The notes: generated from the sequence alone by a model not told the origin. Shown: positions 28,747-41,234, counted from the stretch's first letter. The stretch is 64,000 nucleotides of DNA from Eledone cirrhosa (GCA_964016885.1 OZ024741.1:357120001-357184000); one strand, 5' to 3'. Program-made: numbers and translations.

Positions 28747-30197
28747 CACAGTTGATCAGTTCTTTCATGACACATTTTTACTAGTTCTAAATTTTTTCTA
28801 ACTTATTCTGATTATCATTTCTTATCATATAATATGATGGCAGACATCAAGCTAACTCAGCAAATGGAAAGGCACGCTGTAATCATTGCCTTAAAGGCAG
28901 AGCATAGTGATTTAGAAATTGCTCGCTTCCTGAAAGCAACCCAGTTGATTGTTGTCAAAGTTTGCAAAGAGCTGGAAGCCACTGATGGGGATTCTACAAC
29001 AGTAGCCAAATGTAAAACACCTACTAAGGGTCCTAATACCATCAGAACACCTAAATTCATATGAAAGGTTTAGAAAATTATCAATAAGAATGCCAAAAAG
29101 TCCATTAGCAACATTGCTAAGGAGTGCATGGTTTCAAAGCAGAATTGTTATGAAAACCTTTGCTACAAGTTATATGTGATGCAGAGAGACCAAATCATGT
29201 CTGCAAAGACAAAGATAACTGTCTGATCTATGTAAAGCACTTGTTGAGCAAGTTGAAACATCCAGAGCCTGGAATGCTTTGATTTTTCTGTGTTGAGAAA
29301 AACTTTGATCAAGAAGAAAAAGTCAATTGTAGGAATGACAGTTGGTTATGCAGAGACCTTAAAAACATTCCAACAGTCATGCACACAAAGTTTCCGGCAA
29401 CTGTGATGGTTCTGGGTGTTGTGAGCAACGAGGGAGATGTTATGCTTCCCCACTTCTTTCCTCAGGGCTTAAATGTCCATGCTGCTGACTATAAGGGGTT
29501 GGAGAGGGTTGTGAGGACTCGGATAGAGAGCATGAGCAAAAAAAGACATACACCAACCAGCAAGTCTCTGCACCATTTCATAAGGTCAAGACAACCCAAG
29601 AATGGCTGAGATACAATCTCTACACTCATGTAACCCCAAACATATGGCCTCCTAGCTCTCCAGACCTGAATCTGTTGGATTTCTATATATGGGTGTAGTT
29701 GAAAGGAAACTCAATCAACACCCCCTGCAACACTGTAAAATCTCTGACATCCACCAAAACTATCACAATATCCCAAATAAATAAAGATCATCTGATTCGA
29801 GCATATAAATGTTTTAGACATTATTTTGAAGCATTATTAAGGCGGTGGATTGGCAGTATCGGTAGAGGGTCGGACGCCATGCTTTGAAGCATAGAGTTAC
29901 CTCCCTGTATGATCTGAGTTCAAATCCCGCCGAGGTTAACTTTGCCTTTCATCCTTACGGGGTCGCTAAAATAAAGTACCAGTAATGCACTGGGTAATTG
30001 CTGGCCTTGTGCCAAAAGTAGAAACAATTATTTTGAAGCAGTCATCAATGCTAGCAGTGGATTCATTAAGTAGATGTGTCAAAAACAGTCTCAAGATTAT
30101 TCATGCCATATTTTTTAAAAATAAAGCTCTCCTTTCATGACCTATGCATCTTATACTAAATTCATGCAAATGTCCTCAAAGGACAGAGCAGCCCTGT
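28747..30197 (+). mobile_element. Decayed Tc1/mariner transposon, probably DD37D (maT)-type, transposase pseudogene
   Basis: Frameshifted peptides ERHAVIIALKAEHSDLEIARFLK, EKNFDQEEKVNCRND, MHTKFPATVMVLGVVSNEGDVMLPHFF and WPPSSPDLN; right end CCCTG-TA. Confidence 0.85.
29834..30026 (+). mobile_element. Young tRNA-derived SINE inserted in the transposase pseudogene
   Basis: Perfect 14-bp TSD ATTATTTTGAAGCA (29820-29833 / 30027-30040); A-box TGGCAGTATCGG, B-box GAGTTCAAATCC; near-identical minus-strand copies at about 25945-26112, 35283-35464 and 42926-43107. Confidence 0.92.
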
Positions 30198-31762
30198 ATA
30201 CATGTGTGTGTGCATCTATCTATCTCTGTGTTTGACCTTGTCTGTATTTGTTTATGTGCCGTAACCTAGCAGTTCAACAAAAGAAGACGTGCCAGGCTTG
30301 AAAAACTATAAATACTTGGAGTGGTCAATATAATTGACACTATCCCTTCAAGATTGGACTTCAGTATGACGTCTGTCTAATGACTGAAACCAGTAAAAGA
30401 GAAAAAAGAATAAAAGAATATGTTAGAACTGAATAGCTTAATCAATTTAAAAAAATCAATTCAAAAGAATCAATATATTGAGTATTGAGAAAATTAGTAG
30501 TAATCAAATTTAATAGTTAATTCTATGTAGAAAAATTGGAAAATGTCCAACAATTAGAATATCTGTTTTTCCTTGCTTTGCATAGGTTGGATGAAACCTG
30601 AAAACTATCCTTGTTGCATGGGTGTTCAGCAACTGAGAGTACAAAGTTTATTACATGAATGTAAAATGGAAAGTTTTTAGATAAGTATAAACATTTTAAC
30701 CCTTTTGCCTGAAACCATCCCTGGTTCTAAAATACAAAACTGTATATTTTAATCCTTTCACCACTATATTTCTAATGATTATAACACTGGTTATAATTTT
30801 CAAATCCCTTTGAAAATATAATCAAGAATTTGGATGGATTTAGTCATATAACTAATTTTCTCATTATTAAGTTGTTGTTTGGAACATAACTTAACAAAGA
30901 TTCTTATATAAAATTATGATGGAAGGTTTTTATAATGCCACTCTGTCACAATGCTAAGCTTCACTGCCACTGGTATTCATTTTCAACTAAGTGAATTATT
31001 GGAATAACATGATGTAAAATTATTTACTTAAGAATACAACACGTCACCTAGTCTAGGAATTGAAACCACAACCTTACGATAGTGAACCCAATACTCTAAA
31101 TAATAGACACTCTGCCTTTACATCAGTTCAATACAAAGGAGATATACCAACATACCATGTTGCGTAGAAATATCTAGCATTTGTGATAAAGTTTGTTTAT
31201 CTCTTAATTACCTGATAAAAGTAACTGAAACACTTTATGTTATTCTGTTATTGTATATGGTTGTGTATATGTGTGTTTATAGAAAAGTGCCTTGCTCAAG
31301 CAAGAACACAACACATCACCAAGTCCAGGAATCCAACCCATAGTCTCTGAGAAATGCGCTTTCACTCTGAGGGCAATATTGGCCGTCAAAAAACTGTTAT
31401 ATTAGCAATTTAAAATTTAAAAAATAGTGTTATATTAGCCACCAAGAAAGAATATGCAACACACTGTTATATAAACCACTTAAAAACATTTACTGGTGTG
31501 TCAATCACCTAAGCCACGCTGCTCCTGACGAGATGGCTATTTCACAGCAAGTAGTTGTATCACCAGTCTGGAACTAACTGTCAAAATGGCAAGAGCTTAG
31601 AAGTTGGACACCAACTCTTTAATGTAGCCACACTCTACTATCCCAAGTATATTTATCATCATCATCACTGAGCATAAGAGGAATCAAATGCATTTTTCCA
31701 CAATAGTATGGGTTGGACGTATATATATATATATATATATGTGTGTATGTGTGTAGATGTAT

Positions 31763-32820
31763 ATATATATATATATACACACACAAGAGATGTAGTGGGA
31801 TCTCAGGAAACTTAGTTAAGAATATAGGCTTTACATGTAGCAGCTGCACCAGAACAGTAAGCAACAAACAGCCACAAGAAACAAGCACTACCAAACTCTG
31901 GAAGGGCTCTGTAGAAACAGTAGACAGCTTCTGCTACCTAGGTGACTGAATTAGCAGCAGAGGTGGGTGTTCAGAAAGTACAGTAACCAGGGTAAGAACG
32001 GGATGGAAGAAGTCCAGGGAGATACTACCACTACTAGCTGCAAAAGGCTTTTTCCTCAAAATGAAAGGCAGACTATATGATGCGTGTATACGAACAGCAA
32101 TGTTACATGGTAATGAGACCTGGGCACTGTATGTAGAAGACTTGCGTATATTAGAAAGAAACAAAGCCTGCATGCTCCAATGGATGTGTAATAGTAATAT
32201 ACGCGATTGGCAAAGCATAAATGAATTAAGAGAGAGACTGAGCATAAGAGGAATCAAATGCTGTGTGCGGGAGAGGAGGTTGCATTGGTATGGACATGTG
32301 ATGCTTATGAAGGATGACAGCTGCATAAAAAGGTACAGAGCACTAAAAGTTGATGGAAGCCTTGGAGTGGGGAGACCCAAGAAGACCCGGGATGAGGTGA
32401 TAAAAGCCAACCTTACACAATTGCACCTCTCAAAGACGATGATACAGGACCGAGACCTCTGGCTTCACACAGTAATACAGAAGACCTGACTTCCCACGGA
32501 TACAAGCCGAAGCTGAAGCATATAGACAATATGCCCCCACCCCTCCCACTGTAAAGTGGTTGTGGAGGTGTCACGACAAAAAAAAAGCACCCAGCCCACA
32601 CTGTAAAGTGGTCATGTAGGCGTCACAGTAAAAAAGCACCCAGTACTCACTGTAAATGAGGTTGGTGTTAGGAAGGGCATCCAGCTGTAGAAATCAAGCC
32701 AAAATCAATTCCTGTATGAGCAAGATAAGGTCACCCGACCTGGCATTGGCCACAACTGGAAAACCCGTCTAACCCATGCTAGTGTGGAAGAATGGATGTA
32801 AAATGGTGATGATGATGATG
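31763..32820 (+). mobile_element. 5'-truncated RTE-clade LINE with (GAT)n tail
   Basis: VDSFCYLGD, KGRLYDACIRTAMLHGNETW, ERRLHWYGHV and GRPKKT motifs; in-frame stop; modular 3' UTR. Confidence 0.92.
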
Positions 32821-32837
32821 ATATATATATATATATA

Positions 32838-33620
32838 CGTAGGTAAGTAAAAAATTATCTGCACTACATTCAGTGTTGGCGTGCTTGTGGTAATAATGGA
32901 GGTTTGACCTTGATTGATCCTTTTTTGTTTCTTATGTTATCGAGTAAACATGTCCACTCCACTGGCTGCAGGCACCTAGAACAGTGATCAATGATTCAAT
33001 TTCTTTTGACTGAAATTGATTGCAGGCTTTCAGTACAATACAACATGAAAAAGTGTGTAGGAGTGGATCAAGAAGTTTTAAAATGGCCTGACAAGCATGA
33101 AGCACGAAGAGAGAGCAGGATGCATATCAACCTCTACCACTGACATGAAGATTTAACAAGTCCAAGAGATGGTTCTGGCAAACTGATGAGCAGCCATCAA
33201 TGAGGTGGCATTATCTCTGCAAATTAGTTATGATTCTGCATATGAAATCATCAATGACAAACTTCGCTTCCATAAATGCAAGATGGGTGCCAAGAGAGCT
33301 TACCGAAATGCATAAGTGCAATCATGTGGAGATTTGTCAACGCTTACTCAACCAATACAAGAATGAAGGTGAACTTGTTTTGGAGAGAAAAGTCACAGGA
33401 GATGAGACCTGGGTCCATTACTTTGAACCAGCATCATCAAGGCAGAGTATGGAGCGAAAGTATTCAGGATCGCCAGCGAAAAAGACATTCAAGACTGAAC
33501 CTTCTGCAGAAGTGCATTGAAAAACAAGGAGACTGCTGAAAAATGATGTAATTGTTCAAACCCTGCTTTTGTTTAAATAAATTACAGAAACATGAGTGCA
33601 TATAACTTTTGACTTCCACT
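32838..33620 (+). mobile_element. Internally deleted mariner element
   Basis: WVPRELT, VTGDETWVHYFEP and C-terminal KCIEKQGD; imperfect TIRs GTAAAAAATTATCTGCACT / AGTGCATATAACTTTTGAC in TA context. Confidence 0.88.
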
Positions 33621-33948
33621 TATATATCATCATTTCATTTTACGTCCACTTTTTCCCTGCTTGCAAGGGTGGGACGGGAACTGATGCTGGCTTGATTTCT
33701 ACAGCTGGATGCCCTTCCTAACACCAACCTCATTTACAGTGAGTGCTGGGTGCTTTTTTGCCGTGGCACCTCCACGACCACTTTGCAGTGGAATGATAGG
33801 GACCCCAGTCCCTATCATCTCATTTCTACAGCTGAGTAAACTGGAGCAATGTGAAATAAAGTGTCTTGCTCAAGGAAACAACACATCACCTGGTCTGAGA
33901 ATTGAACTCACAACCTTTCGATTGCAAGGCAAGCCATGTGCCTCCATG

Positions 33949-33980
<32 letters not shown>

Positions 33981-33985
<5 letters not shown>

Positions 33986-34897
33986 AGTAGCTAGAGTCAG
34001 AACTGGTTGGAAAAAGTTCAGAGAGCTTATACCACTATTAGCTGCTAAAGGGTTCTCCCTAAAAATGAAAGGCAGGTTGTACGATGCCTGCATACGAACA
34101 GCAATGTTGCATGGCAGTGAGACCTGGGCATTGTGTGCAGAGGATATACGCAGACTAGAGAGGAACGAAGCTTGCATGCTCCGCTGGATGTGTAACAGTA
34201 ATATACGTGAACGGCAAAGCATAAACGAACTAAGGAAAAAATTAGAAATAAGAGGGATCAGATGTTGTTTACTCGAGAGAAGGCTACGTTGGTATGGACA
34301 CGTGATGCGCATGAAAGTCGATAGCTGTATAACAAAGTGCAGGGCAATAAAGATAGACGGTAGCCACGGAATAGGCAGACCTAGAAAAACCTGGGACGAG
34401 CTGATAAACTCCGACCTCACACACTTACACCTCTCCAAGACAATGTCACTGGACCGAGACCTTTGGCGGTACTCAGTAACAGAGAAGACCCGCCTTACCT
34501 AAATGGATAGTAAAACCTACTACAGCCAGTAGGCATCTAACAAAATACACCCCCCCCGTCCCACCACCCCCAACCCATCCACGCCACCCCGTTCTATGTA
34601 AAGTTATGTTGGTGCCACACCATCCAGGCCGAAACAAATGAGACCGTGTAGGTGTCACGACAAAAAAATACACAGTCCACGCTGTAATGTGGCCGTGTAG
34701 GCAACACGGTAAAAACCTCCCAGACCCACACTGTAAATGTGGTTGGTGTTAGGAAGGGCATCCAACTGTAGAAAACCTGCCAGACAGTCCTATGCGAGCA
34801 AGACAATCACTCTTGCCTCAAGTGGGACTACCCCCGTCCAAACCCATGCAAGCGTGGAACACGGACGTTAAACGGTGATGATGATGATGATGATGAT
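33981..34897 (+). mobile_element. 5'-truncated RTE LINE between (TA)n tracts
   Basis: Open frame STVARVRTGWKKFREL...RRLRWYGHV...GRPRKTW, 3' UTR and (GAT)n tail. Confidence 0.93.
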
Positions 34898-34915
34898 ATA
34901 TATATATATATATAT

Positions 34916-35258
34916 ATTGTTATACTTTGGGAGGGTCATGTTGCCAATAAGAAACACACGCACCAGTTGCTTTCACTTCAATTTATTATAAATTAAATTT
35001 ATAAATTTCCGGTTGGTTGGTTGGTTAGTTCCACAACCGGATGGTTGTTCATATATTGTTCATATATTGTGGAACCAACCAACTAACCGGAAATTTATAA
35101 ATTCTTAAATTTATAAATTTAATTTATAATAAATTGGAGTGAAAGCAACTGGTGTGTGTGTTTCTTATTGGCAACAAGACCCACCCAAAGTATAACAATA
35201 TCGGTTTCAACACATGTTTTCAGATAAAGAATCTTGCTAAACAAATTCAGAAACGAAA
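34916..35258. mobile_element. Inverted-repeat pLTR-like island with about 57-nt unique tail
   Basis: 34916-35035 mirrored at about 35067-35200, tail to 35258, (TA)n on both sides; same family as 26871-27130. Confidence 0.65.
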
Positions 35259-35481
35259 TATATATATATATATATATATATAATTATTTCTACATTTGGC
35301 ACAAGGCCAGCAATTACCCACTACACTACATTACTGGTACTTTACTTTATCAACCCCGTAAGGATGAAAGGCAAAGTTAACCTCGGCAGGATTTGAACTC
35401 AGACTGTAAAGGGACGTAACTATGCTAGAAAGCATGGCGTCCAACCCTCTACCGATACTGCCAATATATATATATATATAT

Positions 35482-35795
35482 ATAATACAAAAAAACAAGG
35501 ATGTTTCGTTTACATATAAAAGATATTTATTGTGTATCGAACTGTTATGCGTGTTTCGCAGAGGATTGGCTCAAGGTAACCCAAAGGAATTATGGACCCG
35601 ACTCCACTATCGATCTGCTCCTCAGATATTTTTTTGTCACATCACCAGTCTGAGGAGCATATCAATAGTGAAGTCAGGTCCATAACTCCTATGGGTTACC
35701 TTGAGCCAATCCTCTTCAAAACATGCATAACAGGTCGATACCCAATAAATATATTTTATATGTAAACAAAACTTTCTCGTTTTTTTCTATTATAT
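35482..35795. mobile_element. Inverted-repeat island carrying two decayed HHR copies (35541-35626 minus, 35644-35735 plus)
   Basis: Minus arm CTGAGGA-gcaga..long loop..tctgc-GAAA-cacgca-TA; plus arm accagt-CTGAGGA-..-AAAA-catgca-TA-acaggt; AATAAA about 12 nt after the cleavage site. Confidence 0.7.
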
Positions 35796-36450
35796 ACACT
35801 CTGCATGTGCATAGAGTGCTTGAATTGGTACCAGCACCAGTAATTCACTGTACTACCTACACTATATATATATAGTGATACTATATACATATATATATAT
35901 ATAGTATCACTGATTGGTATGCAGCCACAGTGCAACTAAAGTGCACTCAGGCCATGAGATTATTGCCTTATCAAGAGACCTCCTGTGTGTATATATGATT
36001 ATGTATATATATATATTATATGTGTGTGTTTGTAAATATATACATATATATATATATAGTAAGTTTGTTTTGAAACAGCAAGCAAGTTTGAAAATAGAAA
36101 TAGAAGCTTTCGCCATATTTTTTTTACTAAAGAAATTTTAGTCTGATAGTGGGGTTTAGAACCCTCTAAGAAATGGAAGAAGATGAGTATTGATGTACAT
36201 GAGAGTCGAATCCACATCTTTGGTTAACCAGACCATTGTGCTACCATTACACCAACGCATCACCAGGTGATGCATTGGTGTAATGGTAGCATTTAGTCAA
36301 AAATACGGTGAAAGCTTCTATTTCTATTCTTATATATATGCATACATATGTACAATAACACTAATCTTAACCATAACTTTAACTCTTTGATATCAACATG
36401 CCTGAACCCATCACCCTGCTTTTAGGATGTAAATTTATTTATTTTAATTA

Positions 36451-36613
36451 CTGTATTTCCCGGCATTGAAGACGCTACTTTTTTCCTAAAATAAGTCTCA
36501 AAAATCTACCATGCGTCCTGGAGGCCAAAGGTTGTTTTTTTTTTCAAATTTGTGGTTGTCAAAATTAGGGTGCGTCCTCGAGGACGAAGCGTCTTCAATG
36601 CCGGGCAATATGG
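36451..36613. mobile_element. Tc2/pogo-like MITE
   Basis: TA-CTGTATTTCCCGGCATTGAAGACGC ... GCGTCTTCAATGCCGGGCAATATGG-TA, about 25-bp TIR with TA TSD. Confidence 0.85.
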
Positions 36614-38588
36614 TATTTACATTTATCTAAATGACAGTAAAATGGCGTTAGGGTGTTGGATTAAAAATGCCTCAGTATTTGTTCTGGCTCATTGCATTCT
36701 GATTTCAAATCCAGTTAAAGTCAACTTTGCCTTTCATCGCTTCGAAGTTGATAAATAAAGTACCAGTTCAGCACTGAGGTTGACTCTCTCTCTCAATCTG
36801 AAAGAAATTAGCAGTGTTCTCAGTTGTTGAGGGATGGGCTACACCAGGTTTAATATACCCAAGACATACCTGTATCAGAATTTTGACCCCATGACTTTAT
36901 CAAGGGTTAAGGGCCCTTTACCTTTTCCTACATTTATCTAAAAACCTTCCATTGTAATTCTATGTAAAAACCCTTCATCAACTATTTTCCAAACATCAAC
37001 TAAATAATGAGGAAGTTAGTTATATTACTAAACCTTTCAAAATTATTTGAATATTATAGACTGTGCATTTCATTAGAAATCTGTTAACAAACGGGTTAAA
37101 GTACACATAAGCATTCATAAGTGGCTTTCCACTTAGGAATTTATCAAAAATATGAAGTATACCTAAGCATTGGTCTTGTGTTGCTCCTAAACCAAGAATG
37201 TTAATCTGATTATCTTAGTCAAGCTTTCATAAAAATAAATATCCCTCTAATACTGCTCCTTTCATTTAAAGTGGTTGATTGTAGGAAGGTCATCATATAT
37301 TATAAATCACGCCTTGATAATAGAATAAGGTTTATCTGCTCCTTCACTGAAAAGTGTAATATAAAGTGGAGGGAATGACAAATAGAACAAATCTATGCAT
37401 ATGTGTATGTATTTTTTATTGTTGTTGATATGTTTTGTTTCTTTTTTTTTCTTATCAAAATTTGTATTTGTGGACACAACATGGCTAAATGGTTAAGACA
37501 TTTGCTGCACAGTAATAAGGTTTCAGGTTCATTTCCACTTGCCTGTTTATTTTATGAGCAGGCTGTTCTGCTGCTTGAAGAGCTGGAACACTGATCGTTG
37601 GAACCAACAGAAATCCATTCCACTTTTTTTTCTGTTTGTTTTTTCTGTTTTGTTTTGCTGTTGACCAGCCAGTTTGTCTATCTGACCAGCTATTCATTCA
37701 GCCATCCAATGATCCATCCATTCAATCCAACCATCTACCCATCCACCCAGCCATCTACCCCACCCACCATCTACCCTATCTATCTGTTCAACCATTCATC
37801 TAACCATCAATTCAACCAACCATCCATCCATCCATCCATCTATCCATCTAACGCTTCTTCTATTCAGCCAGCCAGCCATCCAACCAGCCAGCCACCCATC
37901 TATCCATTGCTCTATCCAATTATCTGTCTGTTACCCTACCTTTCTGTCAATACAGGCATGGCCGAGTGGCTAAGAAATTCATTTCACAATAATGAGGTCT
38001 CAAGTTTAATCCCACTGTCAGGCATCTTGGGAATGTGTCATCACTGTAACCTCCAATTAACCCAAACCTTGTGAGTGAAACTGGGTCTTTTTGGAAACCT
38101 GTAGAAGGGATTCTACCTGTAATTTAAAGCCTTATCATATATTGGGTCACATTGAATCAACTTGAGAATTATGTTAAGGATATACATTTCTGTAGAATAT
38201 TCATCCACTTATATGTTAATTCGAGAGTTGGATGCTCAGCTGATTGAACAACTAAAAAAGGGAAATTTACTGCCCACAGCTATGCAGATTTAGCTGGCCT
38301 CTTACATAGTTACATCTCTTAGGAGATTTCTCAAGTGTTTTAATGATAGGGTTCCTAGCCCTATTATACAAACATGCATGTTTATGTTACAGCTCTCACC
38401 TATGTAGCTTTAGCTGACCTCCTACAAGGTTGCATCTTATAGGTTTCTCGAGTATTTAATGTTAAGTTTCCTGGTCCTATCATTAAAATCAGTGTGAAAC
38501 AGAGCATCTTCCTCAAGAACACAACACATTGCCCGGTCCAGGAATCAAACCTAGAATATCATGATTCCATCAAAAGTGACATAGGAGG

Positions 38589-39251
38589 GAGCTATCATCA
38601 CCACTGTGATTATCTGATCTGAGAAGCTGTCATCACTCCTATGATTATCTGACCAGAGGAACTGTCATCACCTCTGTCATTATCTGATAAGAGGAGCTAT
38701 AATCACCTGAGTGATTATCTGATCAGAGGAGCTGTCATCACCTGAGTGATTATCTGATAAGAGAAGCTGTCATCACCACTGTGATTATGTGACCTGAGAA
38801 GCTGTCATCACATGAGTGATTATCTAACCTGAGAAGCTGTCATCACCTGAGTGATTATCTGATCAGGGGAGCTGACATCACCTGAGTGATTATCTGATCA
38901 GGGGAGCTGACATCACCTGAGTGATTATCTGATCAGAAGAGCTGTAATTACCTGTGGGATTATCTGACTTGAGAAGCTGTCATCACCTGAGTGATTATCT
39001 GATAAGAGAAGCTGTCATCACCACTGTGATTATGTGACCTGAGAAGCTGTCATCACATAAGTGATTATCTGACCTGAGAAGCTGTCATCACCTGAGTGAT
39101 TATCTGATCAGGGGAGCTGTCATCACCTCTGTTATTATCTAATCAGAGGAGCTGTCATCACCTGTATGATTATCTGATCTGAGAAGCTGTCATCGCCTTT
39201 GTGATTATCTGACCAGAGAAACTGTCATCACCTTTGTGATTATCTGGTCAG
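38589..39251. repeat. 35-bp minisatellite, about 19 copies, with higher-order duplication
   Basis: Unit GCTGTCATCACCTGAGTGATTATCTGATCAGAGGA; the variant block 38731-38875 recurs 245 bp later. Confidence 0.95.
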
Positions 39252-39972
39252 GCAATGGCACAGGGTGATAGTATGACTGCCATTGAGCTGGTATTTATGT
39301 CATAGTATGATTATATGATTCTCATTGATATTTATGAGTTTGATATGTCTATCATGGAACTGGTATTTTAATGACATGGTATGATGTAATTAATGACTGT
39401 CATTGGTCATTGAGCTGATATTTATGAAGCTGAATCTGATAGTCTGATAAAAACAGCCTTGGAAAGTAAAAAGACTACAAAAGAGATCAGTAAATAAACC
39501 AAGGTAAACAAATACAAGGAAAATATCGATGAAATATATGAAAGAACTAATCTATGCAATAGCAATCAATATGGAAGAAATAGTCGTTCTACATTGATTA
39601 CTGAGCTGAAAAGAAACAGCACTGAATTAATGTGAAAACTAAGAACAGATAAATTGAGCCATAGTTAATACAGCTAACTTATAAGAGGGAGTGGGTAGAT
39701 GGAGAGCGATGAGAAAGAGAGTAGGAAATAAATAGAGAGTGTGGGCAAGAGAGCAATATAGTTATAGATAGACAGGTAGACAGAGAAAAACAGAGAGATG
39801 GTTAATCAGTTTAATTAGTCCTTCCCCCCTTGTAAGAGCAAAAAACAAAACAAAACAAAAAGACAATGTTTAGTTTCAGTGAAATATTATTAGAAAAGAC
39901 CTTGAAACTCACAAGGAGATAGACGAGACATCTATGTATTAAATATACAACATACATGAGTATGTGTATGTA

Positions 39973-40013
<41 letters not shown>

Positions 40014-40062
40014 GTATGTGCTTGTGTGTATATGTATATATGCGCATACACATACTGTTTAT

Positions 40063-40093
<31 letters not shown>

Positions 40094-40096
40094 CAT

Positions 40097-40565
40097 TTAA
40101 ATTTGGTGGTTTACCACAGGGTAGAATTGATCATTCTGCAATGTTAACCAGACGTAATATGAAAAAAGCACCCAACGTTATGCAACTCATCCATCTTCAA
40201 TGTTGAATTATGCTGGTGGTGAGGAAACGGAGTAAATGTATTATAAAGTGAAATGACAGGAGGCCAAATATGTTGAATTTCCTTAATTTTTTTAATTACT
40301 GTAAACACTATGCCCATTTCAGTGGCCAGGTTGCGTAAGAATCCGGTGACCTCATCAGGTGTAAATAGCATAATAGGTGTATACCAACGGAATGATGGTA
40401 AGCTTTAAGGAAACAAACAGAGGTGGGCGAGCAGTGTGGTAATATACTGCTACGTCCGTCAAAAGCATAGCACACACTTTTTTCTCTTTGTTTTCTTTGC
40501 TTGTTTCCTTAAAGCTTACCATCATTCTGTTGGTATACATCTATTATGCTATTTACACCTGATGA
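40097..40565 (-). mobile_element. pLTR-like island with HHR and partial inverted copy
   Basis: 40352-40416 mirrored at 40501-40565; (TA)n on the left. Confidence 0.65.
40305..40362 (-). ncRNA. Type I hammerhead ribozyme
   Basis: acac-CTGATGA-ggtcaccggattcttacgcaacctggccact-GAAA-tgggca-TA-gtgt; ATTAAA about 10 nt downstream; stem II register ambiguous. Confidence 0.7.
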
Positions 40566-40839
40566 ATATATACACACATTTACATAAAGATACTTAGATT
40601 AAGTATGTAAATGCTTGTTACCAGAGCACATTACTCATATAATACATAGTTCTGTAATGATTAAAATGTATTGTAACATCTACACCACATATACTACAAA
40701 GAAAATATGTATTACATATACAATATTTCACATATATTAAATCCATGTTGAACATATTATATTGAAGTTACATGAGTTAACACTAGAACCCAGAGTTAAG
40801 CTAAGATATACAATTCTTCAATACAGAATTTCACATAAC

Positions 40840-41234
40840 ATAAAAAGGTACAGTGCACTAGAAGTCGATGGAAACCGCAGAGTGGGAAGACGCAAGAAGA
40901 CCTGGGATGAGGTGATAAAAGCCGACCTTACCCAATTACACCTCTCAAAGGCGATGACATACGACCATGACCTCTGATGTCACGCAGTAATACAGAAGAC
41001 CCGACCCCCCACGGGTACAAGCCGAAGCTGAAGCATATAGACAATATGCCCCCACGTGGACGTGTAGGCGCCAAGGAAAAAAGCACCCAGCACTCACTGT
41101 AAATGAGGTTGGTGTTAGCCAGAATCAGTTCCCATATGAGCAAAGTATGGTCAGCTGACTGGACACTGCCCACAACAGGACAACCTGTCTAACCCATGCT
41201 AGCGTGGAAGAACAGACGTAAAATGGTGATGATG

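Noticed and set aside
38589-39251. Regular 35-bp repeats resembling a CRISPR array
   Set aside because: Units are contiguous with no unique spacers, there are no cas genes, and the context is eukaryotic.
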